Origin: Lentisphaerota bacterium
Lineage (GTDB): Bacteria > Verrucomicrobiota > Lentisphaeria > Victivallales > Victivallaceae
NCBI GenBank assembly: GCA_015061495.1
Contig: SUWL01000004.1
Span: 115 to 64,114, forward strand
DNA length: 64,000 bases
Direction: 5' to 3'
A model generated the notes under the pieces. That model ran no database searches, had not been told where the DNA came from, and worked only from the letters and a program-made list of their open reading frames with translations. This document shows positions 17,730 to 26,855 of this stretch, one piece after another (position 1 is the first letter of the stretch; every line of letters begins with the position of its first letter). Made by a program: the position numbers and the translations under genes.

Positions 17730-19798
17730 ATCACATTATCAGTATGTTGCGCCGGGAGATCCCGGAGTTGAAAATTTCCCCGGATCTGACCTATAAAGAG
17801 TTGACTTCGCTGGGAGTCGGTTCTGCGGTGTTTCCGGTGCTGGCGGAACCTGATGATGTTGAACAGCTTACTGGTTTGCTTAAACTGCTCGATCACAAAC
17901 GGGTGCCCTGGTTCCTGTTTGGTGCCGGAACCAATCTGGTCGGCAGCGACACCCCCTGCAAAATGGTGGGTATCCGGCTGTCCGGCAAAAGTTTTTCCAA
18001 AATCGCCATTGACGGCAATTCTGTCCGGTGCGGCGCGTATGCCAAATTGCCGCTGCTGGCATCGTTGTGCGGCAAAGCCGGTCTGGGCGGACTTGCACCT
18101 TTGTCGGGAATCCCCGGCAGTGTCGGTGGCGCTTTGCGGATGAATGCCGGTGCCAATGGGGTGGAAATCGGCTCACTTGTCACCGAAGTGTACGGCGTGT
18201 ATGCCAATGGTAAACCGTATCATGCCGTTAAAGATGATATCCAGTGGTTTTACCGCTGCAGCACCATTCCGGAAAATGTGGTTATTACCGAAGCGGTATT
18301 GACGCTGCGTTCCAGTCATGTCGCTTTGGAGGAGGAAGAGATTTGTCTGGAAGCCGACCGGCGCCGGAAACGTGAACCGTCCGGCAGGACCGCCGGATGT
18401 GCGTTCCGCAATATTTCCGATCTGGATCCGGCGGGCAAACTGATCGACCAGTGCGGATTGCGCGGATTGCGGGTCGGTGATCTGGTCGTCAGTGAAAAAC
18501 ATGCCAATTATGTGCTGAATATCGGGGATGCTTCTGAAGCGGACTATCTGGAATTGATCCGCATCATCCGCCGGGCAGTCAGTGACCGTCACGGGTTCTA
18601 TCTTACGCCGGAGATCATTCCGGTTAATCCGGAACTGGCGGAGCTGATCGAAGTTGACACTCCGGCACCCCGGGTGAATCTGCTTTGCGGCGGGGTGAGC
18701 AGTGAGCGGGAAGTTTCGCTGAAAAGCGGCGAAGCGGTTTCCCGGGCATTGCGCAATGCCGGATTCAAAGTTGACAACAGCGATATCCGTAATTGTGAGA
18801 TCACCGAGGTGATGCGTCAGGCTGATGTGGTTTATCCGGTCTTGCATGGCGGATTCGGAGAGGACGGAACTTTGCAGAAAATGCTGGAAAAAGCCGGATT
18901 GCGCTTTGTCGGTTCCGGTTCAGCATCCAGTCAGCTGGTGATGGATAAGATCGCCACCAAAAGATTGTTGGAAAAGATCGCTTTGCCGACGGCGCCGTGG
19001 GCGGTGGTTTCCCGCCAGCATCGGGAATTCCCGGCGGATCTGACCTTTCCGGTGATGCTCAAAGCTCCGTGTGAAGGCTCCACGGTCGGTATCGTGCGGG
19101 TTAATTCCATTGATGAGTGGGAGAGTGCATTGGATGAAGAATTCAAGTTCGCCGATGAATTGCTGGTCGAACAATTCGTGCAGGGTGCGGAAATCACCGT
19201 GCCGGTCATCAATGCAACGGCATTGGAAGCCATCGAGATCGTTTCGCCGTCCGGATTTTATGACTGGGATGCCAAATATGTTTACAATAACGGTCAGACG
19301 GAGTATTTCTGTCCGCCGCGTTCATTGCCGGAAAATGTGATCAAACTGGCAAAAGAGTATGCGTTGAAGTTTTACCACGCTGCCGGATGCCGGGATATCC
19401 TGCGGGTGGATTTCATCGTCGATGCCGACGGCGTGCCGAGGGTGCTGGAAGGCAACTCGCTGCCCGGAAATACCGATCACAGTCTGGTTCCTAAAGCGGC
19501 GCGCCACGCCGGGATCTCCATGGAAAAAATGGCGGCACAGATGGTGTACTGCGCCATGAAACGCTCGGATGAACCGCCCATGACTATGGCAGCGGATCGA
19601 AAGAACCCCTGGGGTACCGGACTTAAAGCGGCGGTGAAAGCGGTGGTTTCGGCGGCGGCGGTCGCTGCCGGAGCAATATTGCTTTACGCCGGAGCGGTCA
19701 AACGTGCTTCCGGAAGTTCCGGAAATCTGCTTTTAATCGCCGGTGGTTTGCTGATCGTGCTGTATGCATTATTTTGCTGGGCGGACAAACACCGTTGA
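17726..19798 (+). CDS. murB-ddl: Fusion protein: UDP-N-acetylenolpyruvoylglucosamine reductase (MurB) + D-alanine--D-alanine ligase (Ddl) + C-terminal two-helix membrane tail
   Basis: Residues 1-302 are MurB-like (GVGSAV..FLFGAGTNLVGSD; GIPGSVGGALRMNAGANG; SEKHANYVLN). Residues 316-612 are Ddl-like (VNLLCGGVSSEREVSLKSG; PVLHGGFGEDGTLQKMLE; EGNSLPGNTDHSLVPKAA). Residues 630-690 are hydrophobic. It is a single uninterrupted ORF. Confidence 0.88.
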   Translation: MNHIISMLRREIPELKISPDLTYKELTSLGVGSAVFPVLAEPDDVEQLTGLLKLLDHKRVPWFLFGAGTNLVGSDTPCKMVGIRLSGKSFSKIAIDGNSVRCGAYAKLPLLASLCGKAGLGGLAPLSGIPGSVGGALRMNAGANGVEIGSLVTEVYGVYANGKPYHAVKDDIQWFYRCSTIPENVVITEAVLTLRSSHVALEEEEICLEADRRRKREPSGRTAGCAFRNISDLDPAGKLIDQCGLRGLRVGDLVVSEKHANYVLNIGDASEADYLELIRIIRRAVSDRHGFYLTPEIIPVNPELAELIEVDTPAPRVNLLCGGVSSEREVSLKSGEAVSRALRNAGFKVDNSDIRNCEITEVMRQADVVYPVLHGGFGEDGTLQKMLEKAGLRFVGSGSASSQLVMDKIATKRLLEKIALPTAPWAVVSRQHREFPADLTFPVMLKAPCEGSTVGIVRVNSIDEWESALDEEFKFADELLVEQFVQGAEITVPVINATALEAIEIVSPSGFYDWDAKYVYNNGQTEYFCPPRSLPENVIKLAKEYALKFYHAAGCRDILRVDFIVDADGVPRVLEGNSLPGNTDHSLVPKAARHAGISMEKMAAQMVYCAMKRSDEPPMTMAADRKNPWGTGLKAAVKAVVSAAAVAAGAILLYAGAVKRASGSSGNLLLIAGGLLIVLYALFCWADKHR

Positions 19799-19813
19799 CG
19801 GAGAACGGAAAAT

Positions 19814-20884
19814 ATGGCTGAAAAGGGCTTTTTCGATGAGATCCACCGGGAACTTGACGCTAAAATGGTTCCCTGCGGCAGATGGAGTGTGCCGCTGTTT
19901 TATCCCGGCGGGAGCGTGGCGGAACACCGGCACACCCGCAATGGGGCTGCTGTTTTTGACATGAGCGGCACGAGATGTTTTCAGATTTCCGGCAAAGATG
20001 CGCTAAAGAAACTTGATAAACTGACCTTTTTCACCTGTCAGCAGCTCTCTGTCGGCAAAGCGATGGATAATATTCTGCTCCGCGAAGATGGTACCGTCGG
20101 AACCATTTTTACGATGTGCCGGATGCAGGAAAATGATCTGCTGCTGCTGTTGTCCAAACGTTGTGCCGATAAGGATGCCGATCAGCTGGTGAAAACGATC
20201 TCCGCCATTCTGGAAATCAGAGAGCTGTCACAGGCAATGGCGGTGCTGACGGTCGCCGGCAGTAAGTGTCAAGAGGTTTTGACGGCTGCCGGGGCGGAAA
20301 ATGTGCCGGAAAACGGCAGTTGGCAGATGATAACGCTCCGTGATGATGAAAATGACACTTTCCGCTGTATCGCCATCGGGCATGACCGTTTCGGTGAAAC
20401 GGCGGTCGATCTCTGTTTCAATGGCGAAAATGCCGCCGAAGTTTACGGTGCGCTCTACCGTATCGCCGGAGTTGAACCCGCCGGATTGGGCGCGTGGGAA
20501 AGTCTGCGTATCGAGAGCGGTATCCCGGAACTCAATACCGATATCCTGCCGGATATGCTGCCGCAGGAGTGCGGATTGGCAACCGATATGAGCCGGGAAT
20601 TTGCCGGCAAAGCGGCATTATCCACCGGCGAGGCTGCCCGCAAGATCATTTTGCTGACTTTGGATCGTCATCCGGCGGCAGCCGGGACGGTGGTCAAACT
20701 TCCCGGGGATATTGCTGTCGGGGTGGTCAGCAGCGGCGCATTTTGTCCGTCTGCCGGAGCCGCCCGGGTGTTGTGCATCGTGGATGCCGCCTGTCCGGTG
20801 GAACCAGGTTCGCTTTTGGAGTGCGAAGTAAACGGCAAAGTTGTCTCCGGGCAAGTCGCCGGGATATCATCGCCGGAAGCTTGA
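19814..20884 (+). CDS. GcvT-family aminomethyltransferase-like folate-binding protein
   Basis: AVFDMSGTRCFQISGKDA (compare FDVSHMG..V.G.DA in GcvT), AWESLRIESGIPELNTDI (compare ARD.LRLEAG), and a C-terminal barrel VGVVSSGAFCPS. Confidence 0.7.
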   Translation: MAEKGFFDEIHRELDAKMVPCGRWSVPLFYPGGSVAEHRHTRNGAAVFDMSGTRCFQISGKDALKKLDKLTFFTCQQLSVGKAMDNILLREDGTVGTIFTMCRMQENDLLLLLSKRCADKDADQLVKTISAILEIRELSQAMAVLTVAGSKCQEVLTAAGAENVPENGSWQMITLRDDENDTFRCIAIGHDRFGETAVDLCFNGENAAEVYGALYRIAGVEPAGLGAWESLRIESGIPELNTDILPDMLPQECGLATDMSREFAGKAALSTGEAARKIILLTLDRHPAAAGTVVKLPGDIAVGVVSSGAFCPSAGAARVLCIVDAACPVEPGSLLECEVNGKVVSGQVAGISSPEA

Positions 20885-20902
20885 GTGAAAAATATCTCAT
20901 CA

Positions 20903-20953
20903 ACGGTTTGCAGCAGAAGTGCATAATGATTTTCAGTTGCAAACCGTTTTTTT
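20903..20953 (+). terminator. Candidate intrinsic terminator downstream of the GcvT-like gene
   Basis: A 10-bp stem acggtttgca/tgcaaaccgt (20903-20912 / 20938-20947) followed by a T7 run. The 25-nt loop is unusually large. Confidence 0.45.
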
Positions 20954-21096
20954 ACAGTAAAATGGCAAGCCAATCACGTTCTGAATGCATCCATTGTTCC
21001 ATTTCGCAGTTTTTTATGCTCTGCGATTAACCCAATCAACGATGCTTGAATGCAAGTTTCACAAATTCAGGATAATCGTCCGCGATCCGGCGGCTG

Positions 21097-22530
21097 TCAA
21101 TGCAGCAGTCCGGTGGCATTGAGCAGTACGATCAGCAGACAGGGAATGACGATCACCGTCATGCAGAACCGGTAAACGAATTCACGCCGCCACGGTTTGC
21201 CGGAAGTTTTGATTTCCGAACAGATATTGTTCAATCCCACGATCATAAGTACCAGCAGTGTGGTGTAGATCGCTCCGATGGGCATCAGCACGCTGTTGCT
21301 GATGAAATCCAGAGAATCAAGAATATCCATGCCTTTAAATTTGTTGATGAATTTCAACGGGTGAACAAATTTTAACACGCTGTAGCCCAGCACGGTGGTT
21401 ATGCCGATGATCAACACTTCAGAAATACAGTAGATCAACGCCCGGATACGGGGGATTTTTAACTCCTGCATAAGCGTGTGGACATTGGTTTCCAGCAATG
21501 AAACGGCACTGGTCGCCGCCGCAAAGAGGACCAGCACAAAGAAAAGTGCTCCCACAATTTGACCGCCGGTGAAACTGGCGAAAACCTGCGGCATGATTAC
21601 AAATATCAGCCCCGGTCCGGCATTGCCGGCAGCTTCTTCTCCGCCGAATGCCACCACCGCCGGAATGATCATCAATCCGGCAAGGAACGATACCGCCGTA
21701 TCAAAAAGTTCCACATGATTGACACTGGAAACCAGATCATCCTCTTTTCTCATATAGGAACCGTAAGTGATCATGATTCCCATGGCGATCGAGAGTGAGA
21801 AAAACAGTTGTCCCATCGCTTCGACCACGGTCATGTAACTGAATTTGGCGAAATCCGGCTTGAGGTAATAGATCAGCCCGTTTTTTGCTCCCGGCAGAAA
21901 CAGACAGTAGACACAAATGCCGACTATCAGCAAAATAAGCGATGGCATCAGAATTTTGCTGCAGCGTTCAATCCCCTTTTCCACTCCGAAACAGACTACC
22001 AGCGCAGTAATAAGAATAAAAACCGCGAAAAAGATGATCGGTTCCCAAGTGGAGGAAATAAAATCGGTAAAATACTCGGCTGAAAATTTTTCCTCCTGAA
22101 AATTTGCCACCGGTTCCCAGAAAAAGGCCGCCGTATATTTGGTTACCCAGCCGCCGATAACACAGTAGTATGGCAGAATGATCATCGGCACCAGCGCATT
22201 GATCCAGCCGCCGGGCAGGATGGCTCTGCCCAACTTTTTACCGGCACAAAGTTTGCGGAATGCTCCAATGGGACTGTTGCCGGTCATTCTGCCGATGCAG
22301 TTTTCTGAAATCAGCAGCGCATAACCGAATGTCAACATCAAAATCAGATAGGTCAGCAGAAATATTCCACCGCCGTACTTCGCCGTCAGATAGGGAAAAC
22401 GCCAGATATTGCCCAGACCGACTGCTGAACCGGCGGCGGCAAGAACAAAACCGATGCGGCTGGAAAAACCCTCTTTCGGGGCAGCTGGATTTTTTGCTTT
22501 CAATGTTTCTTTATTACTTTCTTTGCTCAT
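21097..22530 (-). CDS. Sodium-dependent transporter, SNF (neurotransmitter:sodium symporter) family
   Basis: Hallmark GLGNIWRFPYLTAKYGGGIFLLTYL near the N-terminus. About 11-12 TM helices. The start lies 16 nt after the upstream stop. Confidence 0.9.
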   Translation of the reverse strand: MSKESNKETLKAKNPAAPKEGFSSRIGFVLAAAGSAVGLGNIWRFPYLTAKYGGGIFLLTYLILMLTFGYALLISENCIGRMTGNSPIGAFRKLCAGKKLGRAILPGGWINALVPMIILPYYCVIGGWVTKYTAAFFWEPVANFQEEKFSAEYFTDFISSTWEPIIFFAVFILITALVVCFGVEKGIERCSKILMPSLILLIVGICVYCLFLPGAKNGLIYYLKPDFAKFSYMTVVEAMGQLFFSLSIAMGIMITYGSYMRKEDDLVSSVNHVELFDTAVSFLAGLMIIPAVVAFGGEEAAGNAGPGLIFVIMPQVFASFTGGQIVGALFFVLVLFAAATSAVSLLETNVHTLMQELKIPRIRALIYCISEVLIIGITTVLGYSVLKFVHPLKFINKFKGMDILDSLDFISNSVLMPIGAIYTTLLVLMIVGLNNICSEIKTSGKPWRREFVYRFCMTVIVIPCLLIVLLNATGLLH

Positions 22531-22546
22531 CAGTTACCCATCCCTT

Positions 22547-23302
22547 TCAAAATTTTTTATTCATCAGCCGCAAAATGCCTTCCAGCAAAGTTGCCGGATG
22601 AGGCGGACAGCCGGGAACGTAGAGATCCGGCTTCAAAATCTTTTCCACGCCGTCGTGACAGACGGGACTGCCGGCATAGATGCCGCCGGAAATCGCACAG
22701 CTGCCGCAGGCGATCACCCAGACCGGCCGGGGAGCTGCTTCATAACTTTTTTTCAGAGCGAGCAGCATATTTTCGCTCACCGGACCGGTGACCAGAATGC
22801 AGTCCGCATGGCGCGGGGATGCCACGACCTGAATGCCGAAACGTCCCATATCCCATGCCAGAGTGTTAAGCACGTTGAAGTCCAATTCGCAGGCGGCACA
22901 ACCTCCGGCGGAGACCTGCCGGATTTTCAGCGAATTGCCGCAGAATTTCAAAAACTTCCGGTCTGTCGGCCGTTCCGGTTCCCAGATGCCGTCGCTGGCG
23001 ATCAGATTTTCTCTGGTCATAGCACCGAGCCGGTACTCTCTGCCGTATTTTATGGCTTGCCCGGAGCAGATTGCGGCACATTTGCCGCAGAAAATACATT
23101 TGCCGGTATCAATGCTTACTGCACCGGGGGCGACGGTAACCGCATCAGTCGGACAAACAGCGGTACATTTGCCGCAGGCACAGCATTTTTCGGAAACGAT
23201 TTCGGGGCGGCCCTGGAAATGTTCCGGCAGTGCCGGAGCCTGATACGGAAATTTACCGGTACGGTGTCCCTGACGCAATCTGGCTTTTAGTGAATTCCAC
23301 AT
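22547..23302 (-). CDS. Fused 2x[4Fe-4S] ferredoxin domain + NuoB/HycG-like small subunit of a group-4-hydrogenase-like complex
   Basis: Two CxxCxxCxxxCP motifs (CCACGKCTAVCP, CIFCGKCAAICS), followed by the NuoB-type cluster ligands GGCAACELD, ACGSCAISGG and VPGCPPHP. Confidence 0.85.
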   Translation of the reverse strand: MWNSLKARLRQGHRTGKFPYQAPALPEHFQGRPEIVSEKCCACGKCTAVCPTDAVTVAPGAVSIDTGKCIFCGKCAAICSGQAIKYGREYRLGAMTRENLIASDGIWEPERPTDRKFLKFCGNSLKIRQVSAGGCAACELDFNVLNTLAWDMGRFGIQVVASPRHADCILVTGPVSENMLLALKKSYEAAPRPVWVIACGSCAISGGIYAGSPVCHDGVEKILKPDLYVPGCPPHPATLLEGILRLMNKKF

Positions 23303-23314
23303 GATATTTTCTCC

Positions 23315-24781
23315 TCAAAGGTCATGCCCGCAGTACGAGAGGTTGAAACTTTTATTGCAGATCGGGAAGTGGGCGATCTCTTCATTGCGCAATGCCATTG
23401 CCAAGCCTTCCCAGTTGTGCATGGATGGATCGATGATCTTGTAAAGCGCGATTTTGCCGTCGCTTCCGGTCACTGCCGCATGGCACAATTCTCCGCGCCA
23501 CGCTTCGGTCACGGAAACGGTCAGCACCTCCGGCGGCAGGATCTCCGGCACTTCAGCAGGGATCTCAACGCCGTCGCGGATCTGCAGAAGTGCCATGCGC
23601 AGATAGTCGTGAGAGTGTTTGAGTTCTTCATAGCGCACTTTGGCTCTGGAAAGAACATCGCCGGTGTATTTGCCGCATGCCGGAGCGATATAAGTTTCTC
23701 CCAGATCGGTACGGGAATCGACATTCAATCCGCTGGCTCTGGCGGCAACGCCGACCAAACCCAATTTGCCGGCGGTTTCAGGTGTTACCGTGCCGGTGTT
23801 TTCCAGACGGTCAAGCACCGTCGGGGAGTTGAACATCAGTTCCAGCGCGTTCCACAATTCGGCGGAAACTTTTTCCAGCCACGTTTGCAGTTTCGCCACC
23901 TTTTCCGCAGAAACCGGATAGCGCAAGGAGCCCGGAACAATGAAGTTCCTGCCGAAACGGTTGCCGCACAATTCAGCGGTCATATTCAGATATTCGCCTC
24001 TGATCCTGCCGCAGAAACTTGCCGTCGGCAGAAATGCCACATCACCTGCCAGCGCACCGAGGTCGCCGATGTGATTGGCACAGCGTTCCAGTTCCAGAGC
24101 GATCCTCCGCAGGATGACCACTTTTTCCGGAATTTCAGTACCGGCGGCACCTTCGATCATCCGGCAGCGGTTCAATGCGGCGGCGATGGAAGAATCTCCG
24201 GCGGCAGATTCGATCAGATGCGCCATCTTTTTATCCGGGCCGCCTGTAAGCATTTTTTCCACGCCGCGATGCTGATAGCCAAGCGAAATTTCCAGCGAAT
24301 AGACGGTTTCACCCATGCATTCAAAACGGAAGTGTCCAGGTTCGATCACACCGGCATGGACGGGACCGACTGCCACTTCGTGGACCGCACCGCCATTCAT
24401 GGTGAAAAAATCCATTTCGCCGATGTTCCCGGCAGGGAAACGCAGCGGTTTCAGGTTGGGGTGTCCGACCGGTTCCAGACCGGAACTCTCCCAAATGTCT
24501 CTTTCAAAACGGTTGAATCCGGCATAGTGCGCCGTCAGTGAAGTGAATTTTTCTCTGACAGCACAGCGCAGTACCCGCAGAGCTTTTGCCGCCGGGTCGA
24601 TGAATATGGCAATCAGGAAATTTTCCTCCGCCCGGGGAACGGCGAAAAAGGCGGCGATCCGGCACTTTTCTTCGCGGACGGACTTCAGGCAGACCGCATC
24701 AAATTCACTTTCCGGCAGAAGCGGTATCGATCCAAAGGGAACCGCTGACGCATTTTTCAGCAACAGATAATTTTTATTCAT
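23315..24781 (-). CDS. NuoC-NuoD/HycE-like large subunit lacking the Ni-Fe cysteine ligands (Ehr-type)
   Basis: NuoC-like N-terminus (FNRFERDIWE). HycE/NuoD core GPVHAGVIEPGHFRFECMGETVYSLEISLGYQHRGVEK. ESAAGDSS occupies the position of ERxCGxCxxxH, and the C-terminus FPICNKSFNLSYCGHDL occupies the position of DPCxxCxxR. Confidence 0.8.
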   Translation of the reverse strand: MNKNYLLLKNASAVPFGSIPLLPESEFDAVCLKSVREEKCRIAAFFAVPRAEENFLIAIFIDPAAKALRVLRCAVREKFTSLTAHYAGFNRFERDIWESSGLEPVGHPNLKPLRFPAGNIGEMDFFTMNGGAVHEVAVGPVHAGVIEPGHFRFECMGETVYSLEISLGYQHRGVEKMLTGGPDKKMAHLIESAAGDSSIAAALNRCRMIEGAAGTEIPEKVVILRRIALELERCANHIGDLGALAGDVAFLPTASFCGRIRGEYLNMTAELCGNRFGRNFIVPGSLRYPVSAEKVAKLQTWLEKVSAELWNALELMFNSPTVLDRLENTGTVTPETAGKLGLVGVAARASGLNVDSRTDLGETYIAPACGKYTGDVLSRAKVRYEELKHSHDYLRMALLQIRDGVEIPAEVPEILPPEVLTVSVTEAWRGELCHAAVTGSDGKIALYKIIDPSMHNWEGLAMALRNEEIAHFPICNKSFNLSYCGHDL

Positions 24782-26184
24782 TTTTGCACCCCGTTAATGA
24801 TCCACGCCGCACCGATGAAGATTCCCAGCAAGGTGATCAGTGTCATTGCGCCAAAGGGAACTTTGGCAAGTTTATCGGTTTCCCGGTCAAGTGCCGGTTT
24901 TTCTCCGGCGGGAGCGGTCATTTTCAACATCCGTGCCGCCATGCCGCAGAAAATTATCAGCAGTAAAAGCAGTATCACCGCACCTTCAAAATATCCGGCA
25001 CGCCAGACCAGTGAGATTTCTGTGAAAAAGAGCGGTGACGGCGGAGTGCCGCAGATCAGCAGCAATCCGAATATCCACAGTGCGCCGTTCCGCGGCAGCC
25101 GGTCAAACAGACCGCGCACCTGATCGACCGAACGGGTGCCGTAACTCAACAGAATGTTTCCGGCAACCAGAAAGAGCGCCATTTTGGTCAGCGAATGGGT
25201 CATTACATGCACCATCCCGGCATTGGCAATACCGTAAGCCATAAACAGTATGATCAGCCCCATGTGTTCCACACTGGAGTAGGCAAGCATCCGTTTGAAA
25301 TCTTTTTGATGGATGATGAAAAATGCCGCAACTGCCAGTGAGAAAAATCCCAGAAATTTGAGATTGCCCGCAGCAAATCCCGATAATTCCGGAGGAACTG
25401 TATCCAGCAGCCGCAGGATCGCCAGAAGTGCGCAGTTGAGCAAACTGCCGGAAAGCAGTGCCGATACCGGTGCCGGAGCTTCGCTGTGAGCATCCGGCAG
25501 CCAGGTGTGGAATGGCGCCAGACCCATTTTCAGCGCATATCCGGCAAAGCACAGGACAAAACCCAGCTTGAACCAGATGATATCGCAATTGCTTTTTGCC
25601 AGCATTTTTACCTGCGTAAAACCCAGTCCGGCATGGGGATCATTGAGCGATGCCGCCAGCAGCATCGTGCCGAAAAGTGCAACGCCGATACCGATCGAGC
25701 AGATCAGCAGATATTTCCACATCGCTTCCAGTGATCCCTTGCCCCGGTGAAAATTGATCAATGGCGCACTTGCCAGAGTCGTGGCTTCCACCGCCACCCA
25801 GAGCATCCCGAAATCCTGCACCAGCGCGGTCAGGGTCATTGTGAAGAAAAACAGCAGCAGCAATGCCGCAAATGAGGAGTATTTCATCCCCTGATGTCCG
25901 GTGGATTTTTTCGCATCTTCCTTCTGCCACGAGTACAAATGCAGCGAAGTCAGTAGAAAGAGCATATCCGTGATTGCCAGGATCAGAAATCCGTTCCGGT
26001 CAACTTTCAGACTCAACGTCCCGGTAAGATGCAAAGTTTCCGGCATGTAAGCCAGCAATCCGCAAAGTACCGCATTGACCGCCCCGGCAAAAACCGGTAC
26101 GATACGGCTGAATGCATCCTTTTTGAGCAGATAAACCGCCAGTGCGGAAATCAGCGGCATCAGCAATATGGCAAGTATGATCAT
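24778..26184 (-). CDS. Proton/sodium-translocating antiporter-like subunit (NuoN/NuoM/HyfF-like)
   Basis: 468-aa polytopic protein. Mrp/Nuo antiporter motifs include LAPFHTWLPDAHSEAPAPVSALLSG and MLAYSSVEHMG. Confidence 0.85.
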   Translation of the reverse strand: MIILAILLMPLISALAVYLLKKDAFSRIVPVFAGAVNAVLCGLLAYMPETLHLTGTLSLKVDRNGFLILAITDMLFLLTSLHLYSWQKEDAKKSTGHQGMKYSSFAALLLLFFFTMTLTALVQDFGMLWVAVEATTLASAPLINFHRGKGSLEAMWKYLLICSIGIGVALFGTMLLAASLNDPHAGLGFTQVKMLAKSNCDIIWFKLGFVLCFAGYALKMGLAPFHTWLPDAHSEAPAPVSALLSGSLLNCALLAILRLLDTVPPELSGFAAGNLKFLGFFSLAVAAFFIIHQKDFKRMLAYSSVEHMGLIILFMAYGIANAGMVHVMTHSLTKMALFLVAGNILLSYGTRSVDQVRGLFDRLPRNGALWIFGLLLICGTPPSPLFFTEISLVWRAGYFEGAVILLLLLIIFCGMAARMLKMTAPAGEKPALDRETDKLAKVPFGAMTLITLLGIFIGAAWIINGVQK

Positions 26185-26855
26185 TTTACCACCTCTGTGT
26201 TTTCTGAAATATCATCGAGCTGATTGAGCCGGTCGGAATCGATATGGGAAAATTCCCGGTTGATCTGATTGATGGCGATCCCCATGATAAAGACCAGTAC
26301 CAGCACATCCAGCAGGATGCCCAGTTCCACGATCACGGGGTGTTCCCGCATGACCGCCGCCCCGAAAAGGGTGATGCCGTTCTCAAAAATCAGAAATCCG
26401 ATGATTTGGGTCAGGGCTTTTTTACGGGCGATGACGATGAATAATCCCGTCAGCACTGTGGTGAATGCCACCGGCACGGCGAATCCTGCGGCTTCCGATG
26501 CTCCGGCAGGCAGGGTCAGTTTCCCGGCGAACCAGAAACTTGCCAATGCCGCCAGCATGACCGTCAATGCCGAAACGGTATATCCGGCGATCGGTTCCAG
26601 TTCCCGGTTGATCCCCGCTTTGTGCATTGCCCGGCAGATCAGCAGCGGCAAGCCGATACCTTTGACCAGTAAATTGACCAGCGCCATGACCAGAGATCCT
26701 TCAAAATGTCCCTGCGCCAGCGTCAGCGGCAATATCCCCAGGACGATCCCCTGCAGTGCCGCATAGCGGATGCAGTGCAGCAGACGGCTGGAGATCGCCA
26801 GCATCAGACAGCTCAACAGAAATACTGCCAGCAGAAGTTCATTGAATTGATTCAT
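26181..26855 (-). CDS. HyfE-like small membrane subunit
   Basis: 224 aa. ALTQIIGFLIFENGITLFG and ELGILLDVLVLVFIMG resemble hydrogenase-4 component E. It has 4-nt overlaps with both neighbours. Confidence 0.75.
   Translation of the reverse strand: MNQFNELLLAVFLLSCLMLAISSRLLHCIRYAALQGIVLGILPLTLAQGHFEGSLVMALVNLLVKGIGLPLLICRAMHKAGINRELEPIAGYTVSALTVMLAALASFWFAGKLTLPAGASEAAGFAVPVAFTTVLTGLFIVIARKKALTQIIGFLIFENGITLFGAAVMREHPVIVELGILLDVLVLVFIMGIAINQINREFSHIDSDRLNQLDDISENTEVVK

Noticed and set aside
23315-24781. Annotating the cluster at 22547-29649 as a functional formate hydrogenlyase or Ech-type [NiFe] hydrogenase.
   Set aside because: The large subunit lacks both CxxC ligand motifs. No hyp or hycI maturation genes and no formate dehydrogenase gene are present in the window. 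It is called hydrogenase-related (Ehr-type) instead.
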